Below are positions 9,861 through 20,420 of a stretch of DNA of 64,000 nt, piece after piece. Source of the stretch: Flavobacterium sp. Its GTDB lineage: Bacteria; Bacteroidota; Bacteroidia; Flavobacteriales; Flavobacteriaceae. Within the stretch, counting starts at the first letter, position 1. The number at the start of each line of letters is the position of its first letter. The notes beneath the pieces were generated by a model that saw only the letters and a program-made list of their open reading frames with translations, was not told the origin of the DNA and ran no database searches. The translations under genes and the position numbers were made by a program. The stretch spans positions 2,844 through 66,843 of the forward strand of contig JANMZS010000175.1 of the NCBI GenBank assembly GCA_031383535.1, given 5' to 3'.

Positions 9861-10958
9861 TTGAAAATACTCCAAATCATACAAAGAAGTCAACTTCGAG
9901 GCGCAGAAATTTTTGCCTGTCAGTTGAGTGAAGAATTGCAAAAACTAGGACATCAGGTTGATGTCCTCGTTTTGTTTGGAAAAAGAACAGATGTTTTTAA
10001 GTTTGAATTGCCTTTTTATTATTTAGAAGCAAATGAAAAAAAGCGTTGGTGGGATTTAAATAATTACAAAAAACTAGCCAAACTAATAGAAATCGGAAAC
10101 TACGACATAGTCCAGGCCAATGCTGGCGATACCCTAAAATACGCATCCCTATCTAAAAAAATATATGGTTGGAAAGCGAAGTTTGTTTTTAGAAATGCTA
10201 ATAAAATAAGTGGTTTTTTAAATAGTAGTTTTAAAAAAAATCTCAATACTTGGCTGATGAAAGAAGTTGATTGTGCGGCATCGGTAAGTGAAGAATGTAC
10301 ATTGGATTTTAAGAATACATTTCCTTTTATAAAAAACAGAATTGCATGTTTACCTATTGGGGTTGACTTAAATAATCCAAAACCCTATACTTCATTAAAT
10401 GAAATTGGAATAAAAGGTGATGGACCATTTATGCTGCATGTAGGCGGTTTTATGCCCGAGAAAAACCATAAGGGATTGATTCGTATCTTTTCAAATTTGG
10501 TAAAAGAAATACCCAATGCCAAATTAGTACTGATAGGTGAAGGCAAATTAAAAGTTGAAATCGAAGCATTAGTAATACAAATGAAGCTGTCTCAAAATGT
10601 TGTTTTCTTAGGAAGAAGAACAGATATACAGCAAATCATGCCGTGTTGCCATGTTTTTGTGTTGCCAAGCTTAATTGAAGGTTTGCCAGGCGTAATACTG
10701 GAGTCTTTTTTGAATAAACTGCCTGTAGTAACCTATAATGTTGGGGGAATTAAAGAAGTTGTTATTGATAAAAAAACGGGTTGGCTAGTTGATAAAAATA
10801 ATGAAACAGCATTTCTTGAAGCAATTAAAGAATCTCTTTCTATACCAACAGAAACAATTAGAGAAAATGCGTATTCATTGGTTACCCAAAGCTATTCTAA
10901 TGTAAGTATAGCAAACCGATTTCAAGAATTTTATCAAGAAGTGATGGTAAATCGATAG
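9861..10958 (+). CDS. Glycosyltransferase family 4 (probable TTG start at 9861)
   Basis: RGAE, EKNHKG, PSLIEGLPGVILES. The start at 9861 avoids overlap with the upstream gene ending at 9850. Confidence 0.88.
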   Translation: MKILQIIQRSQLRGAEIFACQLSEELQKLGHQVDVLVLFGKRTDVFKFELPFYYLEANEKKRWWDLNNYKKLAKLIEIGNYDIVQANAGDTLKYASLSKKIYGWKAKFVFRNANKISGFLNSSFKKNLNTWLMKEVDCAASVSEECTLDFKNTFPFIKNRIACLPIGVDLNNPKPYTSLNEIGIKGDGPFMLHVGGFMPEKNHKGLIRIFSNLVKEIPNAKLVLIGEGKLKVEIEALVIQMKLSQNVVFLGRRTDIQQIMPCCHVFVLPSLIEGLPGVILESFLNKLPVVTYNVGGIKEVVIDKKTGWLVDKNNETAFLEAIKESLSIPTETIRENAYSLVTQSYSNVSIANRFQEFYQEVMVNR

Positions 10959-10982
10959 TCTTGCAGTATTTAAATAATTTTT

Positions 10983-12431
10983 ATGCTTTTTAACTCTTTA
11001 AATTTTGCTTTCTTTTTACCCATAGTTTTTATACTCTATTGGTTTATTACAGCGAAAAATTTAAAACTTCAAAATGTACTCTTACTAGTATCCAGCTATT
11101 TTTTTTATGCTTGTTGGGATTGGAGATTTTTGTTTTTACTCATTTTTTCTACATTATTAGATTATTATACAGGGATTAAAATGTCGGATGCTAAAGATCA
11201 AAACAGTAAGAAGTTTTGGTTTTGGCTCAGTATTTCGGTAAACCTTGGTTTTCTTGGGGTTTTTAAATATTATAATTTTTTTGCAGCCTCTTTTGCTGAT
11301 GCTATTGCTAACTTTGGAATCCAGGTCAATCCTTGGACTTTAAAAGTAATCCTTCCGGTGGGAATTTCTTTTTATACTTTTCATGGATTATCTTATGTCA
11401 TCGATATTTATAAAGACAGAATAAAGGCAGAAAAGAATTTTATAGACTATTCTGTTTTTGTTAGTTTTTTTCCATTATTAGTAGCTGGTCCTATAGAAAG
11501 AGCAACACATTTATTGCCACAGATTCAGAAGAAGCGAACATTTGATTACATCAAAGCGGTAGATGGATTACGTCAAATTTTGTGGGGATTATTTAAAAAA
11601 ATTGTTATTGCAGATAATTGTGCAGAATTTGCTAATATGATTTTTGATCATCATACAGACTACTCAGGAAGCACTTTGTTGCTAGGAGCAGTATTTTTTG
11701 CGTTTCAAATTTATGGTGATTTTTCAGGCTATTCAGACATAGCGTTAGGGACGGCAAAGTTATTTGGAATCGATTTGTTACGAAACTTTGCTTTTCCTTA
11801 TTTTTCCAGAGATATTGCTGAGTTTTGGCGACGTTGGCATATTTCGCTGTCTACCTGGTTTCGGGATTATTTATACATTCCGTTGGGAGGAAGTAAAGGA
11901 GGAATGTGGATGAAAATCAGAAACACTTTTATCATATTTTTAGTCAGTGGTTTTTGGCATGGCGCCAATTGGACTTTTATTATTTGGGGATTGTTGAATG
12001 CTTTATTTATTATGCCTTCTATTATTTTTAATACCCATAGAAATAATTTAGATATAGTAGCTCGAGGGAAATATTTGCCCAGTTTTAAAGATTTTTTTCA
12101 AATTGGATTGACTTTTGGTTTAACTGTTTTTGCTTGGATATTTTTCAGGTCAGAGAGCGTTTCTCAAGCGTTTGATTATATTTCAATAATTTTTTCAAAA
12201 ACTATATTTACCATTCCAGAGTTTAGATTTAGAACTAAAGCGTGTGTAATTTTAGTTCTAACTGCTGTTTTTTTTCTATTAGAATGGATTGGACGAGAAA
12301 ATGATTTTGCTATTCAAAAATTTGGTTTTAAATGGAATAGTAAAATACGGTGGGCTTTTTATTTTCTGTTAGTTTTCTCTATTTTCTATTTTGCCGGAAA
12401 AGAACAGGTATTTATCTATTTTAATTTTTAG
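10983..12431 (+). CDS. MBOAT O-acyltransferase (AlgI/DltB-like), copy 1
   Basis: LPVGISFYTF, AGPIER, YGDFSGYSD, EFWRRWHISLS, FWHGANW (catalytic His), C-terminal FIYFNF. Confidence 0.95.
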   Translation: MLFNSLNFAFFLPIVFILYWFITAKNLKLQNVLLLVSSYFFYACWDWRFLFLLIFSTLLDYYTGIKMSDAKDQNSKKFWFWLSISVNLGFLGVFKYYNFFAASFADAIANFGIQVNPWTLKVILPVGISFYTFHGLSYVIDIYKDRIKAEKNFIDYSVFVSFFPLLVAGPIERATHLLPQIQKKRTFDYIKAVDGLRQILWGLFKKIVIADNCAEFANMIFDHHTDYSGSTLLLGAVFFAFQIYGDFSGYSDIALGTAKLFGIDLLRNFAFPYFSRDIAEFWRRWHISLSTWFRDYLYIPLGGSKGGMWMKIRNTFIIFLVSGFWHGANWTFIIWGLLNALFIMPSIIFNTHRNNLDIVARGKYLPSFKDFFQIGLTFGLTVFAWIFFRSESVSQAFDYISIIFSKTIFTIPEFRFRTKACVILVLTAVFFLLEWIGRENDFAIQKFGFKWNSKIRWAFYFLLVFSIFYFAGKEQVFIYFNF

Positions 12432-12433
12432 AG

Positions 12434-13312
12434 ATGCAAAAGTTTATTCTAAGATTAATGACTTTTGTTTTGTCTATAGTTGCAGTAGTGATTGTAATTT
12501 TTAGTTTGCAAAAAAATCTTTTATTCAGAGAAAAAGATTTGAAGTTACCACAACAAAATACTGTTTTAATTTTGGGTCATTCACATCCAGTATGTGCTAT
12601 TAATACAAAATACATTCATAATACTTTTAATTTGAGCGAATCTGGGGAAGCATATATTTACACTTATTTTAAAGCTAAAAAAGTAATTGAAAGTAATCCA
12701 CAAATTAAAAAAGTTTTTATAGAGTTTACCAATAATCAAATTTATAAAAAGGATATGAATGATTGGATGTGGGCTGATGTCCATCTTCAATATAGAATTA
12801 AAAGGTATGGGGTGTTATTAGATACAGAAGCTATACAATTATTATATAAAAAAAATCCGAGCGGTTTTGTAAATGCATTTTCAAAAAGTTTATTCGATAA
12901 TTTAAAACGATTTTTTTACTCGAATAAGAATTTTGTACTTAAAGGCGGTATGGGCGGATTTAGACCTAGTAATAAAATTTTCGCAAAATCATCTTCAATT
13001 TCAAATTACAAAAAGAAGAAATCATTTAATGGTATATCAGAATATAATATTTTTTACTTGCAAAAAATCGTGAAATACTGTCAAGACAAACATATTGAAA
13101 TTTGTCTGGTTCGAAGTCCGATGCATAAAAGTTATGACGTGTCTTTTTCAGAAAATAAATTCAAAGAAATCTTACATTCAAAATTTAAAAATGTTAATTG
13201 GATAGACAATAAAGATTTTCCAATACCAGATAAAGGGTTTCAAGATGCAGAACATTTAAATTCTTATGGTGCCCGAATCTACTCGCTCTATTTTGATAAG
13301 ATAATAAATTAA
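12434..13312 (+). CDS. SGNH/DltD-like periplasmic partner of MBOAT 1
   Basis: N-terminal TM anchor, LGHSH and DAEHLN motifs, directly after MBOAT. Confidence 0.6.
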   Translation: MQKFILRLMTFVLSIVAVVIVIFSLQKNLLFREKDLKLPQQNTVLILGHSHPVCAINTKYIHNTFNLSESGEAYIYTYFKAKKVIESNPQIKKVFIEFTNNQIYKKDMNDWMWADVHLQYRIKRYGVLLDTEAIQLLYKKNPSGFVNAFSKSLFDNLKRFFYSNKNFVLKGGMGGFRPSNKIFAKSSSISNYKKKKSFNGISEYNIFYLQKIVKYCQDKHIEICLVRSPMHKSYDVSFSENKFKEILHSKFKNVNWIDNKDFPIPDKGFQDAEHLNSYGARIYSLYFDKIIN

Positions 13313-13369
13313 TTTCTCCACATTTAAATATTTCATTCGATAAACAACGAGCTTTTAATTACTCAAAAT

Positions 13370-14824
13370 ATGCTTTTTAACTCTTTAAATTTTGCTATTT
13401 TCTTACCCATAATTTTTATACTCTATTGGTTTTTAAACAACAAAAGTCTAAAATTTCAAAACATTCTCTTGCTGATTTCAAGCTATTTTTTTTATGCTTG
13501 TTGGGATTGGCGATTTTTGTTTCTTTTAATTTTTTCTACTTTATTGGATTATTATACGGGTATTAAAATGTCGGATGCTAAAGATCAAAACAGTAAGAAA
13601 TTTTGGTTTTGGTTGAGTATTTCCGTAAACCTTGGTTTTCTTGGGGTTTTTAAATATTACAATTTTTTTGCGGCCTCCTTTGCTGATGCCGTTGCCAATT
13701 TTGGATTTCAAGTAAATCCTTGGACTTTAAAAGTAATCCTTCCAGTGGGAATTTCATTTTATACCTTTCACGGTTTGTCCTATGTGATTGATATTTATAA
13801 AGACAGAATCAAAGCAGAGAAAAATTTTATAGACTACTCCGTTTTCGTTAGTTTTTTTCCATTACTAGTAGCTGGACCAATAGAAAGAGCAACGCATTTG
13901 TTGCCACAGATTCAGAAAAAAAGAATTTTCAATTATGAAAATGCTGTTGATGGACTGAAGCAAATTTTATGGGGTTTATTCAAAAAAGTAGTGATAGCAG
14001 ACCAATGCGCAGAAATAGCAAATATGACTTTTAATAACTCAGGAGGTTATTCAGGAAGTACCTTAGTTTTAGGAGCTGTGTTTTTTGCCTTCCAAATTTA
14101 TGGAGATTTTTCAGGCTATTCCGATATAGCGTTAGGAACGGCAAGGTTATTTAGAATCGATTTGTTACGAAATTTTGCTTTTCCTTATTTCTCTAGAGAT
14201 ATTGCTGAATTTTGGCGACGTTGGCATATTTCGCTGTCTACCTGGTTTCGGGATTATTTATACATTCCGTTGGGCGGAAGTAAAGGAGGAATGTGGATGA
14301 AAATCAGAAACACTTTTATTATTTTCTTAGTTAGTGGTTTTTGGCACGGCGCCAATTGGACTTTTATTGTTTGGGGATTACTAAATGCTTTATTCATCAT
14401 GCCTTCTATTATTTTTAATACCCATAGAAATAACTTAGATATGGTAGCTCAGGGGAAATACTTGCCCAGTTTTAAAGAGTTTTTTCAAATGGGGTTGACT
14501 TTTAGTTTAACGGTTTTTGCTTGGATATTTTTCAGGGCAGAAAATGTAGCGCATGCACTTGATTATATTTCTCAAATAGCTTCAAGCTCTTTGTTGTCAA
14601 AACCAAACCTTTTGATAAAAAACTCTCCTTTGACTAATTATTTATATTTGTTTATTTTTATTTTTATTATAATCGAATGGTTAGGCAGACAGCAACAATA
14701 TGCCATCGCAGTACTAACGAATTCATGGCCAAAAGCAATTAGATACGCATTTTACTATTTGATTATTATTGGAATTTTATGGTTTTCAGGTAAAGAACAA
14801 CAGTTTATTTATTTTCAGTTTTGA
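13370..14824 (+). CDS. MBOAT O-acyltransferase, copy 2
   Basis: Same motifs as copy 1; near-identical protein core. Confidence 0.95.
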   Translation: MLFNSLNFAIFLPIIFILYWFLNNKSLKFQNILLLISSYFFYACWDWRFLFLLIFSTLLDYYTGIKMSDAKDQNSKKFWFWLSISVNLGFLGVFKYYNFFAASFADAVANFGFQVNPWTLKVILPVGISFYTFHGLSYVIDIYKDRIKAEKNFIDYSVFVSFFPLLVAGPIERATHLLPQIQKKRIFNYENAVDGLKQILWGLFKKVVIADQCAEIANMTFNNSGGYSGSTLVLGAVFFAFQIYGDFSGYSDIALGTARLFRIDLLRNFAFPYFSRDIAEFWRRWHISLSTWFRDYLYIPLGGSKGGMWMKIRNTFIIFLVSGFWHGANWTFIVWGLLNALFIMPSIIFNTHRNNLDMVAQGKYLPSFKEFFQMGLTFSLTVFAWIFFRAENVAHALDYISQIASSSLLSKPNLLIKNSPLTNYLYLFIFIFIIIEWLGRQQQYAIAVLTNSWPKAIRYAFYYLIIIGILWFSGKEQQFIYFQF

Positions 14825-14825
14825 T

Positions 14826-15875
14826 ATGAAAAAGTTACTTATAAAATCATTACTATTTAGTTTCCCCGTAGTTCTTCTTTATCTTTTCACCTTGTTTTTT
14901 TATTCAATGGATAAAGGGGATTTGATAAGAGTGGGTTATATCATGGATTCTGGCGATTATAGAAGTATTTTTAATAAAGATTTTAAACAAAAACATTATT
15001 ATACTCCAATAGCTGAGGTTAATTTAGATGCTCCAAAAAAATTCACGATACTAACTATAGGAGATTCTTTTACGGGGCAAAAAGGATTGGGTTATAAAAA
15101 TTATTTAGCTCAAAAACCAAATATCTCGGTTTTGAATTTAGATTATTATTTATGCAAAAACCCAATACAAACCGCCTATGGAATTGCAAATGGAGACTTG
15201 CTAAACACTATAAAAGTAGACTACATTGTTGTTCAATCGGTAGAAAGAGAAATTGTTAATAGATTAAAAAATCTAGATGTTAATGAAAAAGTAAATATTG
15301 AATCCATCAAGAAATTGATAAAAAAATATAAATATAAAAATATCGATTCGACCAAAATCAATAAATTTTCAGCCAATAGAATGATTAAATTTCCGATTAG
15401 AAATATCTGTTATTTTTTTGACGACAATGCTTTTTATTCAGAAACCTTTCAGGTTAAAACCAGTAAAAAGTTATTTTCAAAAGATAAGCACAACTTGTTA
15501 TTTTCGAATGAAGATTTGAAAAATCTAAAAATGAATAATGATGTAAAGGCTGCTTCAAAATTAAATGATGTTTTTAATGATTTGTCAAAAAGACTTAGTT
15601 TGCGAGGTATTAAATTAATAGTGTTGCCAAGTGCAGATAAATTTGATTTTTATTATGATTATATTGCCGAAAATAAAAAATATAATAAACCTTTATTTTT
15701 TAATCATTTTGATACATTACCCAAAAACTATTTTTATATCAATTCCAAAAAAATTCTAACACCCTATTTGAAAAACAAAAAAGATCTCTATTTTTATGAC
15801 GATACCCATTGGTCACCCATTTCAGATAAAATCTTCGCCAATGAATTGTATAGCGTAATGAGCCAAAAGCATTAG
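14826..15875 (+). CDS. SGNH AlgX/AlgJ-like periplasmic partner of MBOAT 2
   Basis: IGDSF and DDTHWS motifs, TM anchor. ATG 14826 follows the MBOAT stop; the longer ORF from 14769 overlaps it. Confidence 0.65.
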   Translation: MKKLLIKSLLFSFPVVLLYLFTLFFYSMDKGDLIRVGYIMDSGDYRSIFNKDFKQKHYYTPIAEVNLDAPKKFTILTIGDSFTGQKGLGYKNYLAQKPNISVLNLDYYLCKNPIQTAYGIANGDLLNTIKVDYIVVQSVEREIVNRLKNLDVNEKVNIESIKKLIKKYKYKNIDSTKINKFSANRMIKFPIRNICYFFDDNAFYSETFQVKTSKKLFSKDKHNLLFSNEDLKNLKMNNDVKAASKLNDVFNDLSKRLSLRGIKLIVLPSADKFDFYYDYIAENKKYNKPLFFNHFDTLPKNYFYINSKKILTPYLKNKKDLYFYDDTHWSPISDKIFANELYSVMSQKH

Positions 15876-15930
15876 CCTTAGCGATTAAAATTTAAAAAGC
15901 TTTTAGTATCTTGTTCAAAAAAAATCACAA

Positions 15931-16941
15931 ATGAAAATACTTATCACAGGAGCCGCAGGTTTTATAGGAATGCACACTGTTCGAAAAATAGCTGAATTAG
16001 GACATCAAGTTGTTGGGCTAGATAATGTGAATGCCTATTATGAAACTGATTTAAAATACGCTCGTTTAGCTGAATTAGGAATCAATAGAGAAGATTTAGT
16101 ATACAATAAAATGGTGAATGGCAAACAGAATTTTCAATTTGTGCTTTTAGACATTCAAGATGCGGGAAATTTAAACTCCTTATTTGCCACACAAAAATTT
16201 GATATTGTAATTCATCTTGCTGCACAAGCTGGCGTACGATATTCTATCACTAATCCTAGAGATTATATCGATAGTAATATTATTGGGTTTTACAATATTT
16301 TAGAAGCGTGTAGAAATTTTCCGTTGCAACATCTTGTTTTTGCATCGAGTTCGTCCGTATATGGTAATACCGATGTAGTTCCATTTTCTGAAAAACAAAA
16401 CACAGATTTTCCAGTTAGTTTTTATGCAGCAACCAAAAAGAGTAATGAAGTCATGGCACATTCCTATTCCGAATTGTATAAAATGAAAATTACAGGATTG
16501 CGATTTTTTACGGTTTATGGCCCTTGGGGCAGACCAGATATGGCACCAACTCTGTTCGCCAAAGCAGGGATTGAAGGCAAACCAATTAAGGTGTTTAATG
16601 AAGGAAATCAAAGCCGTGATTTTACTTTTATTGATGATATTGTTCAAGGAATTCAAATCGTGGCACAAAATCCATCACCGAAAACGAATTTCAGAATGCT
16701 TAATATTGGAAACGGAAATCCAGTAAATCTGATGGAGTTTATTAAATTATTAGAATTGAATATAGGAAGACCTTTTCAATATCAGATGATGCCAGCACAA
16801 AATGGGGATGTTCAATCTACTTATGCTAATGTTACCGAAATTGAAAAGTTAGGGTATAGCGCCACAACACCTTTAGAATTAGGTATTCCAAAATTTATAA
16901 ATTGGTTTTTGAATTATTATACTACTAACGAAATCAAGTAA
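15931..16941 (+). CDS. NAD-dependent epimerase, UDP-glucuronate 4-epimerase-like
   Basis: TGAAGFIG, HLAAQAGVRYS, SSSSVYG, YAATK, RFFTVYGPWGRPDMA. Confidence 0.9.
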   Translation: MKILITGAAGFIGMHTVRKIAELGHQVVGLDNVNAYYETDLKYARLAELGINREDLVYNKMVNGKQNFQFVLLDIQDAGNLNSLFATQKFDIVIHLAAQAGVRYSITNPRDYIDSNIIGFYNILEACRNFPLQHLVFASSSSVYGNTDVVPFSEKQNTDFPVSFYAATKKSNEVMAHSYSELYKMKITGLRFFTVYGPWGRPDMAPTLFAKAGIEGKPIKVFNEGNQSRDFTFIDDIVQGIQIVAQNPSPKTNFRMLNIGNGNPVNLMEFIKLLELNIGRPFQYQMMPAQNGDVQSTYANVTEIEKLGYSATTPLELGIPKFINWFLNYYTTNEIK

Positions 16942-16967
16942 ATGATTGCTTTTTTATTTAAAAATCA

Positions 16968-17951
16968 TTGATGAAAAAATTTACTGTAGCGCTTTTATTA
17001 TTTTCTATTCCACTTGTATTTTTGGGGGGCTTGGGAGATTATTTTATTACTAAAGCTCTTAGAAAGTCAAATCATAAATATTATGTGGTTTGGAATGATT
17101 TGGTTTCTGGAAATATAAATTCTGAAATAGTGGTTTATGGTACTTCTAGAGCTAGAGCTCATATTAATTCAAAGATACTAGAAGATACATTGAATTTATC
17201 TACTTATAATTTAGGAATAGACGGCTATACATTTGACATGGAATATTGTCGACATGAGTTGGTTTTTGAAAAAAACAAGAAACCATCCTATATTATTCAG
17301 ACCTTGGACTACCACATGTTGGGTAAAATAAAAGATTTATATCAATACGAGCAGTTTTACCCTTATTTTGATAATAAAATAATTCTTAAAACAATCAAGA
17401 GATATAATGGTCTTAATTGGTGGGATTATCATCTTCCTTTGGTCAGATATTATGGAAGTAAAGAAGAAATATTCAGTGCTTTGAATATTTTGTTGAGACC
17501 TTCTCATAATAAAGGAAATCGATATAAAGGGTTTTATAATTTTGATCAAAATTGGACTAATGATTTTGAAAAAGCGAAGAAGTCCAAAAAAACCATAAAA
17601 CAAAAAATAGACAAAGAATCAGTAATTCTTTTTGAAAAGCTTATAACAGACACAAAAAAAAGGGGCATTCCTATGATTTTTGTATATACACCTGAGCACA
17701 TCGAGGGTCAAAATTTTGTTTCAAATAGAAAAGAAATTATGGATTTTTATGCTAAGATTGCAGTTAAATATCAAATTCCATTCCTCGACTACAGTAAAGA
17801 TTCGATGTGTTATAACAAAGATTATTTTTATAATTCAGAACATTTAAACTTAAAAGGGGCTAATTATTTTTCGAAAAAACTAGCGTCAGATTTAAAGAAA
17901 ATCATAAAATCACCAATAAAATCAGACTTAACTAATTCAAATTTTAAATAA
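16968..17951 (+). CDS. SGNH/DltD-like protein
   Basis: TM anchor, YGTSRA, YNLGIDG, NSEHLN; related to 19418 and 24798. Confidence 0.6.
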   Translation: MMKKFTVALLLFSIPLVFLGGLGDYFITKALRKSNHKYYVVWNDLVSGNINSEIVVYGTSRARAHINSKILEDTLNLSTYNLGIDGYTFDMEYCRHELVFEKNKKPSYIIQTLDYHMLGKIKDLYQYEQFYPYFDNKIILKTIKRYNGLNWWDYHLPLVRYYGSKEEIFSALNILLRPSHNKGNRYKGFYNFDQNWTNDFEKAKKSKKTIKQKIDKESVILFEKLITDTKKRGIPMIFVYTPEHIEGQNFVSNRKEIMDFYAKIAVKYQIPFLDYSKDSMCYNKDYFYNSEHLNLKGANYFSKKLASDLKKIIKSPIKSDLTNSNFK

Positions 17952-17966
17952 ATTAATCAAATATAA

Positions 17967-19415
17967 ATGTTTTTCAACTCCATAAACTTCGCTATTTTTT
18001 TGCCTATAGTTTTTATACTGTATTGGTTTATATCCAACAAAAGCTTAAAACTTCAAAATATTCTATTGTTAATTTCGAGCTATTTCTTCTATGCTTGTTG
18101 GGATTGGCGGTTCTTGTTTCTTTTAATTTTCTCAACCCTATTAGATTATTATACGGGAATCAAAATGTCGGATGCAAAAAATCAAGCGTCGAAAAAATTT
18201 TGGTTTTGGCTAAGCATATCAGTAAACCTTGGTTTTCTAGGTGTTTTTAAATATTATAACTTTTTTGCGGCCTCCTTTGCTGATGCTATTGCTAACTTTG
18301 GGATGCAAGTCAACCCTTGGACTTTAAAAGTAATCCTTCCTGTTGGGATTTCATTTTATACTTTTCACGGATTGTCTTATGTGATTGATATATATAAAGA
18401 CCGTATCAAGGCGGAAAAGAATTTTATAGATTACTCCGTTTTTGTTAGCTTTTTCCCTTTGCTTGTAGCTGGTCCAATTGAACGTGCCACGCATTTATTA
18501 CCTCAGATTCAGAAAAAAAGAGAATTTGATTTTGCAAATGCTGTCGATGGTTTGAAACAAATTTTGTGGGGATTGTTTAAAAAAGTTGTTATTGCTGATA
18601 ATTGTGCCAAATTTGCCAACATCATTTTTGATAATTATACGGACTATTCTGGAAGTACATTAGCCTTAGGTGCGGTATTTTTTGCTTTTCAAATATACGG
18701 AGATTTTTCGGGCTATTCTGATATTGCATTGGGAACGGCAAGGCTTTTTGGAATCGATTTATTACGAAATTTTGCCTTTCCTTATTTTTCTCGTGATATA
18801 GCAGAATTTTGGAGACGTTGGCATATTTCGCTTTCTACCTGGTTTCGGGATTATTTATACATTCCGTTGGGAGGTAGTAAAGGAGGAATGTGGATGAAAA
18901 TTAGAAACACTTTTATTATATTTTTAGTCAGTGGTTTTTGGCATGGTGCCAATTGGACTTTTATTGTGTGGGGTTTTCTGAATGCTTTATACATTATGCC
19001 TTCGATTATTTTTAATACCCATAGAAATAATTTAGATAGTGTAGCACAAGGGAAGATGTTCCCTACCTTAAAAGAATTATTTTCAATAATTGTTACTTTT
19101 TCATTAACGGTTTTAGCTTGGATATTTTTTAGGTCTAATACTATTGATCAGGCAGTACATTATATTGCTAGAATTTTTTCGAAATCTTTTTTTAGTTTTC
19201 CTGCTATTAAAATAGACATGTATGACAAGCCTATTTTTCTGCTAGTTTTTTTATTTATTTTTATAGAGTGGCTAGGAAGAGAACAACAATATGCTATTGC
19301 TAATTTATTTTCAAAAAAGCCTAAAGTTTTTCGCTGGGCGTTTTATTATTTGGTAATCATCCTTATTTTTATTTTTGCGGGTTCTAATCAGCAGTTTATC
19401 TATTTTCAGTTTTAA
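17967..19415 (+). CDS. MBOAT O-acyltransferase, copy 3
   Basis: Same motifs; core near-identical to copies 1 and 2, tail similar to copy 4. Confidence 0.95.
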   Translation: MFFNSINFAIFLPIVFILYWFISNKSLKLQNILLLISSYFFYACWDWRFLFLLIFSTLLDYYTGIKMSDAKNQASKKFWFWLSISVNLGFLGVFKYYNFFAASFADAIANFGMQVNPWTLKVILPVGISFYTFHGLSYVIDIYKDRIKAEKNFIDYSVFVSFFPLLVAGPIERATHLLPQIQKKREFDFANAVDGLKQILWGLFKKVVIADNCAKFANIIFDNYTDYSGSTLALGAVFFAFQIYGDFSGYSDIALGTARLFGIDLLRNFAFPYFSRDIAEFWRRWHISLSTWFRDYLYIPLGGSKGGMWMKIRNTFIIFLVSGFWHGANWTFIVWGFLNALYIMPSIIFNTHRNNLDSVAQGKMFPTLKELFSIIVTFSLTVLAWIFFRSNTIDQAVHYIARIFSKSFFSFPAIKIDMYDKPIFLLVFLFIFIEWLGREQQYAIANLFSKKPKVFRWAFYYLVIILIFIFAGSNQQFIYFQF

Positions 19416-20389
19416 GATTGAAAACATTCATCAAAAAAATATTATTTTTTTTATTCCCAATAGTTTTATTATCCTATTTTCTCGATGTTTTTATTTCAAA
19501 TAATCTTAAAAAATCGAATCAATTTGCAAAAAAAGAATTTAGTACTTGGAATGCTATTTTTGAAGGTAAAATCAATTCAGACTTTTTGATTTATGGTAAC
19601 TCCAGAGCTTGGGTGCATTTCAATGCTACTATGATGACTGATAGTTTGTTTGTGCCAACGTATAATTTAGGAATAAACGGACATGGATTTTGGTTGCAAT
19701 ATTTTAGACACTCTTTGTTATTGATAAAAAATCCTAAGCCTAAAATAATTATTGTTGCAATTGATGAGTTTTGTTTAGAAAAGAGAAAAGATTTATATAA
19801 TTCCGAACAGTTTTTACCTTATATGCTGTGGAATGCAGCAATTAAAAAGACGACAAACAGCTATGAAGGGTTTGTTTCTATGGATTTTGAACTACCGTTA
19901 ATTAGGTATTATGGAAAAACAGAAGCCTTAGAAACAGCATTTTGTTCTTTTTTTGGAAATTTAAATAATCCAGTCCAGAGAGTTAGGGGATATCAAGGTC
20001 AAATAAGAATCTGGAATAAAGACCTAAAAAAAGCTAAATCAACTATTAAGAAGTACGAAGTTAAAGTAGATTTACCAACTTTAGTTTTATTTGAAAAATT
20101 CATTGTTGAATGTAAATCTCAGAATATTAAATTGATTTTTGTCAATGCACCTGAATATATTGAGGGGCAAAAATTTGTAAGAAACAGAGCCGAAGTTCTA
20201 GCTATTTATACTAAGTTGAGTAAGCAATATCGTATTCCACTTTATGATTATTCGAATGATACCATTTCTTTTCAAAAAAAATATTTTTATAATTCTGTTC
20301 ACATGAACAAAACGGGAGCAGACTTATTTACAACTAAACTTATTGATACAATTAAGCATGATAAAGTCATGCAAAGTATTTTGAACTAA
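19263..20389 (+). repeat. 1.13-kb diverged direct repeat, copy 1 (MBOAT tail plus SGNH gene)
   Basis: Colinear and equal in length to 24643-25769; both SGNH ORFs are 972 nt. Confidence 0.8.
19418..20389 (+). CDS. SGNH/DltD-like partner of MBOAT 3 (TTG start)
   Basis: YGNSRAW, YNLGING, NSVHMN; paralog of 24798. Confidence 0.65.
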   Translation: MKTFIKKILFFLFPIVLLSYFLDVFISNNLKKSNQFAKKEFSTWNAIFEGKINSDFLIYGNSRAWVHFNATMMTDSLFVPTYNLGINGHGFWLQYFRHSLLLIKNPKPKIIIVAIDEFCLEKRKDLYNSEQFLPYMLWNAAIKKTTNSYEGFVSMDFELPLIRYYGKTEALETAFCSFFGNLNNPVQRVRGYQGQIRIWNKDLKKAKSTIKKYEVKVDLPTLVLFEKFIVECKSQNIKLIFVNAPEYIEGQKFVRNRAEVLAIYTKLSKQYRIPLYDYSNDTISFQKKYFYNSVHMNKTGADLFTTKLIDTIKHDKVMQSILN

Positions 20390-20420
20390 AAACTTTATTT
20401 ATTTTGATAAAAATAACATA

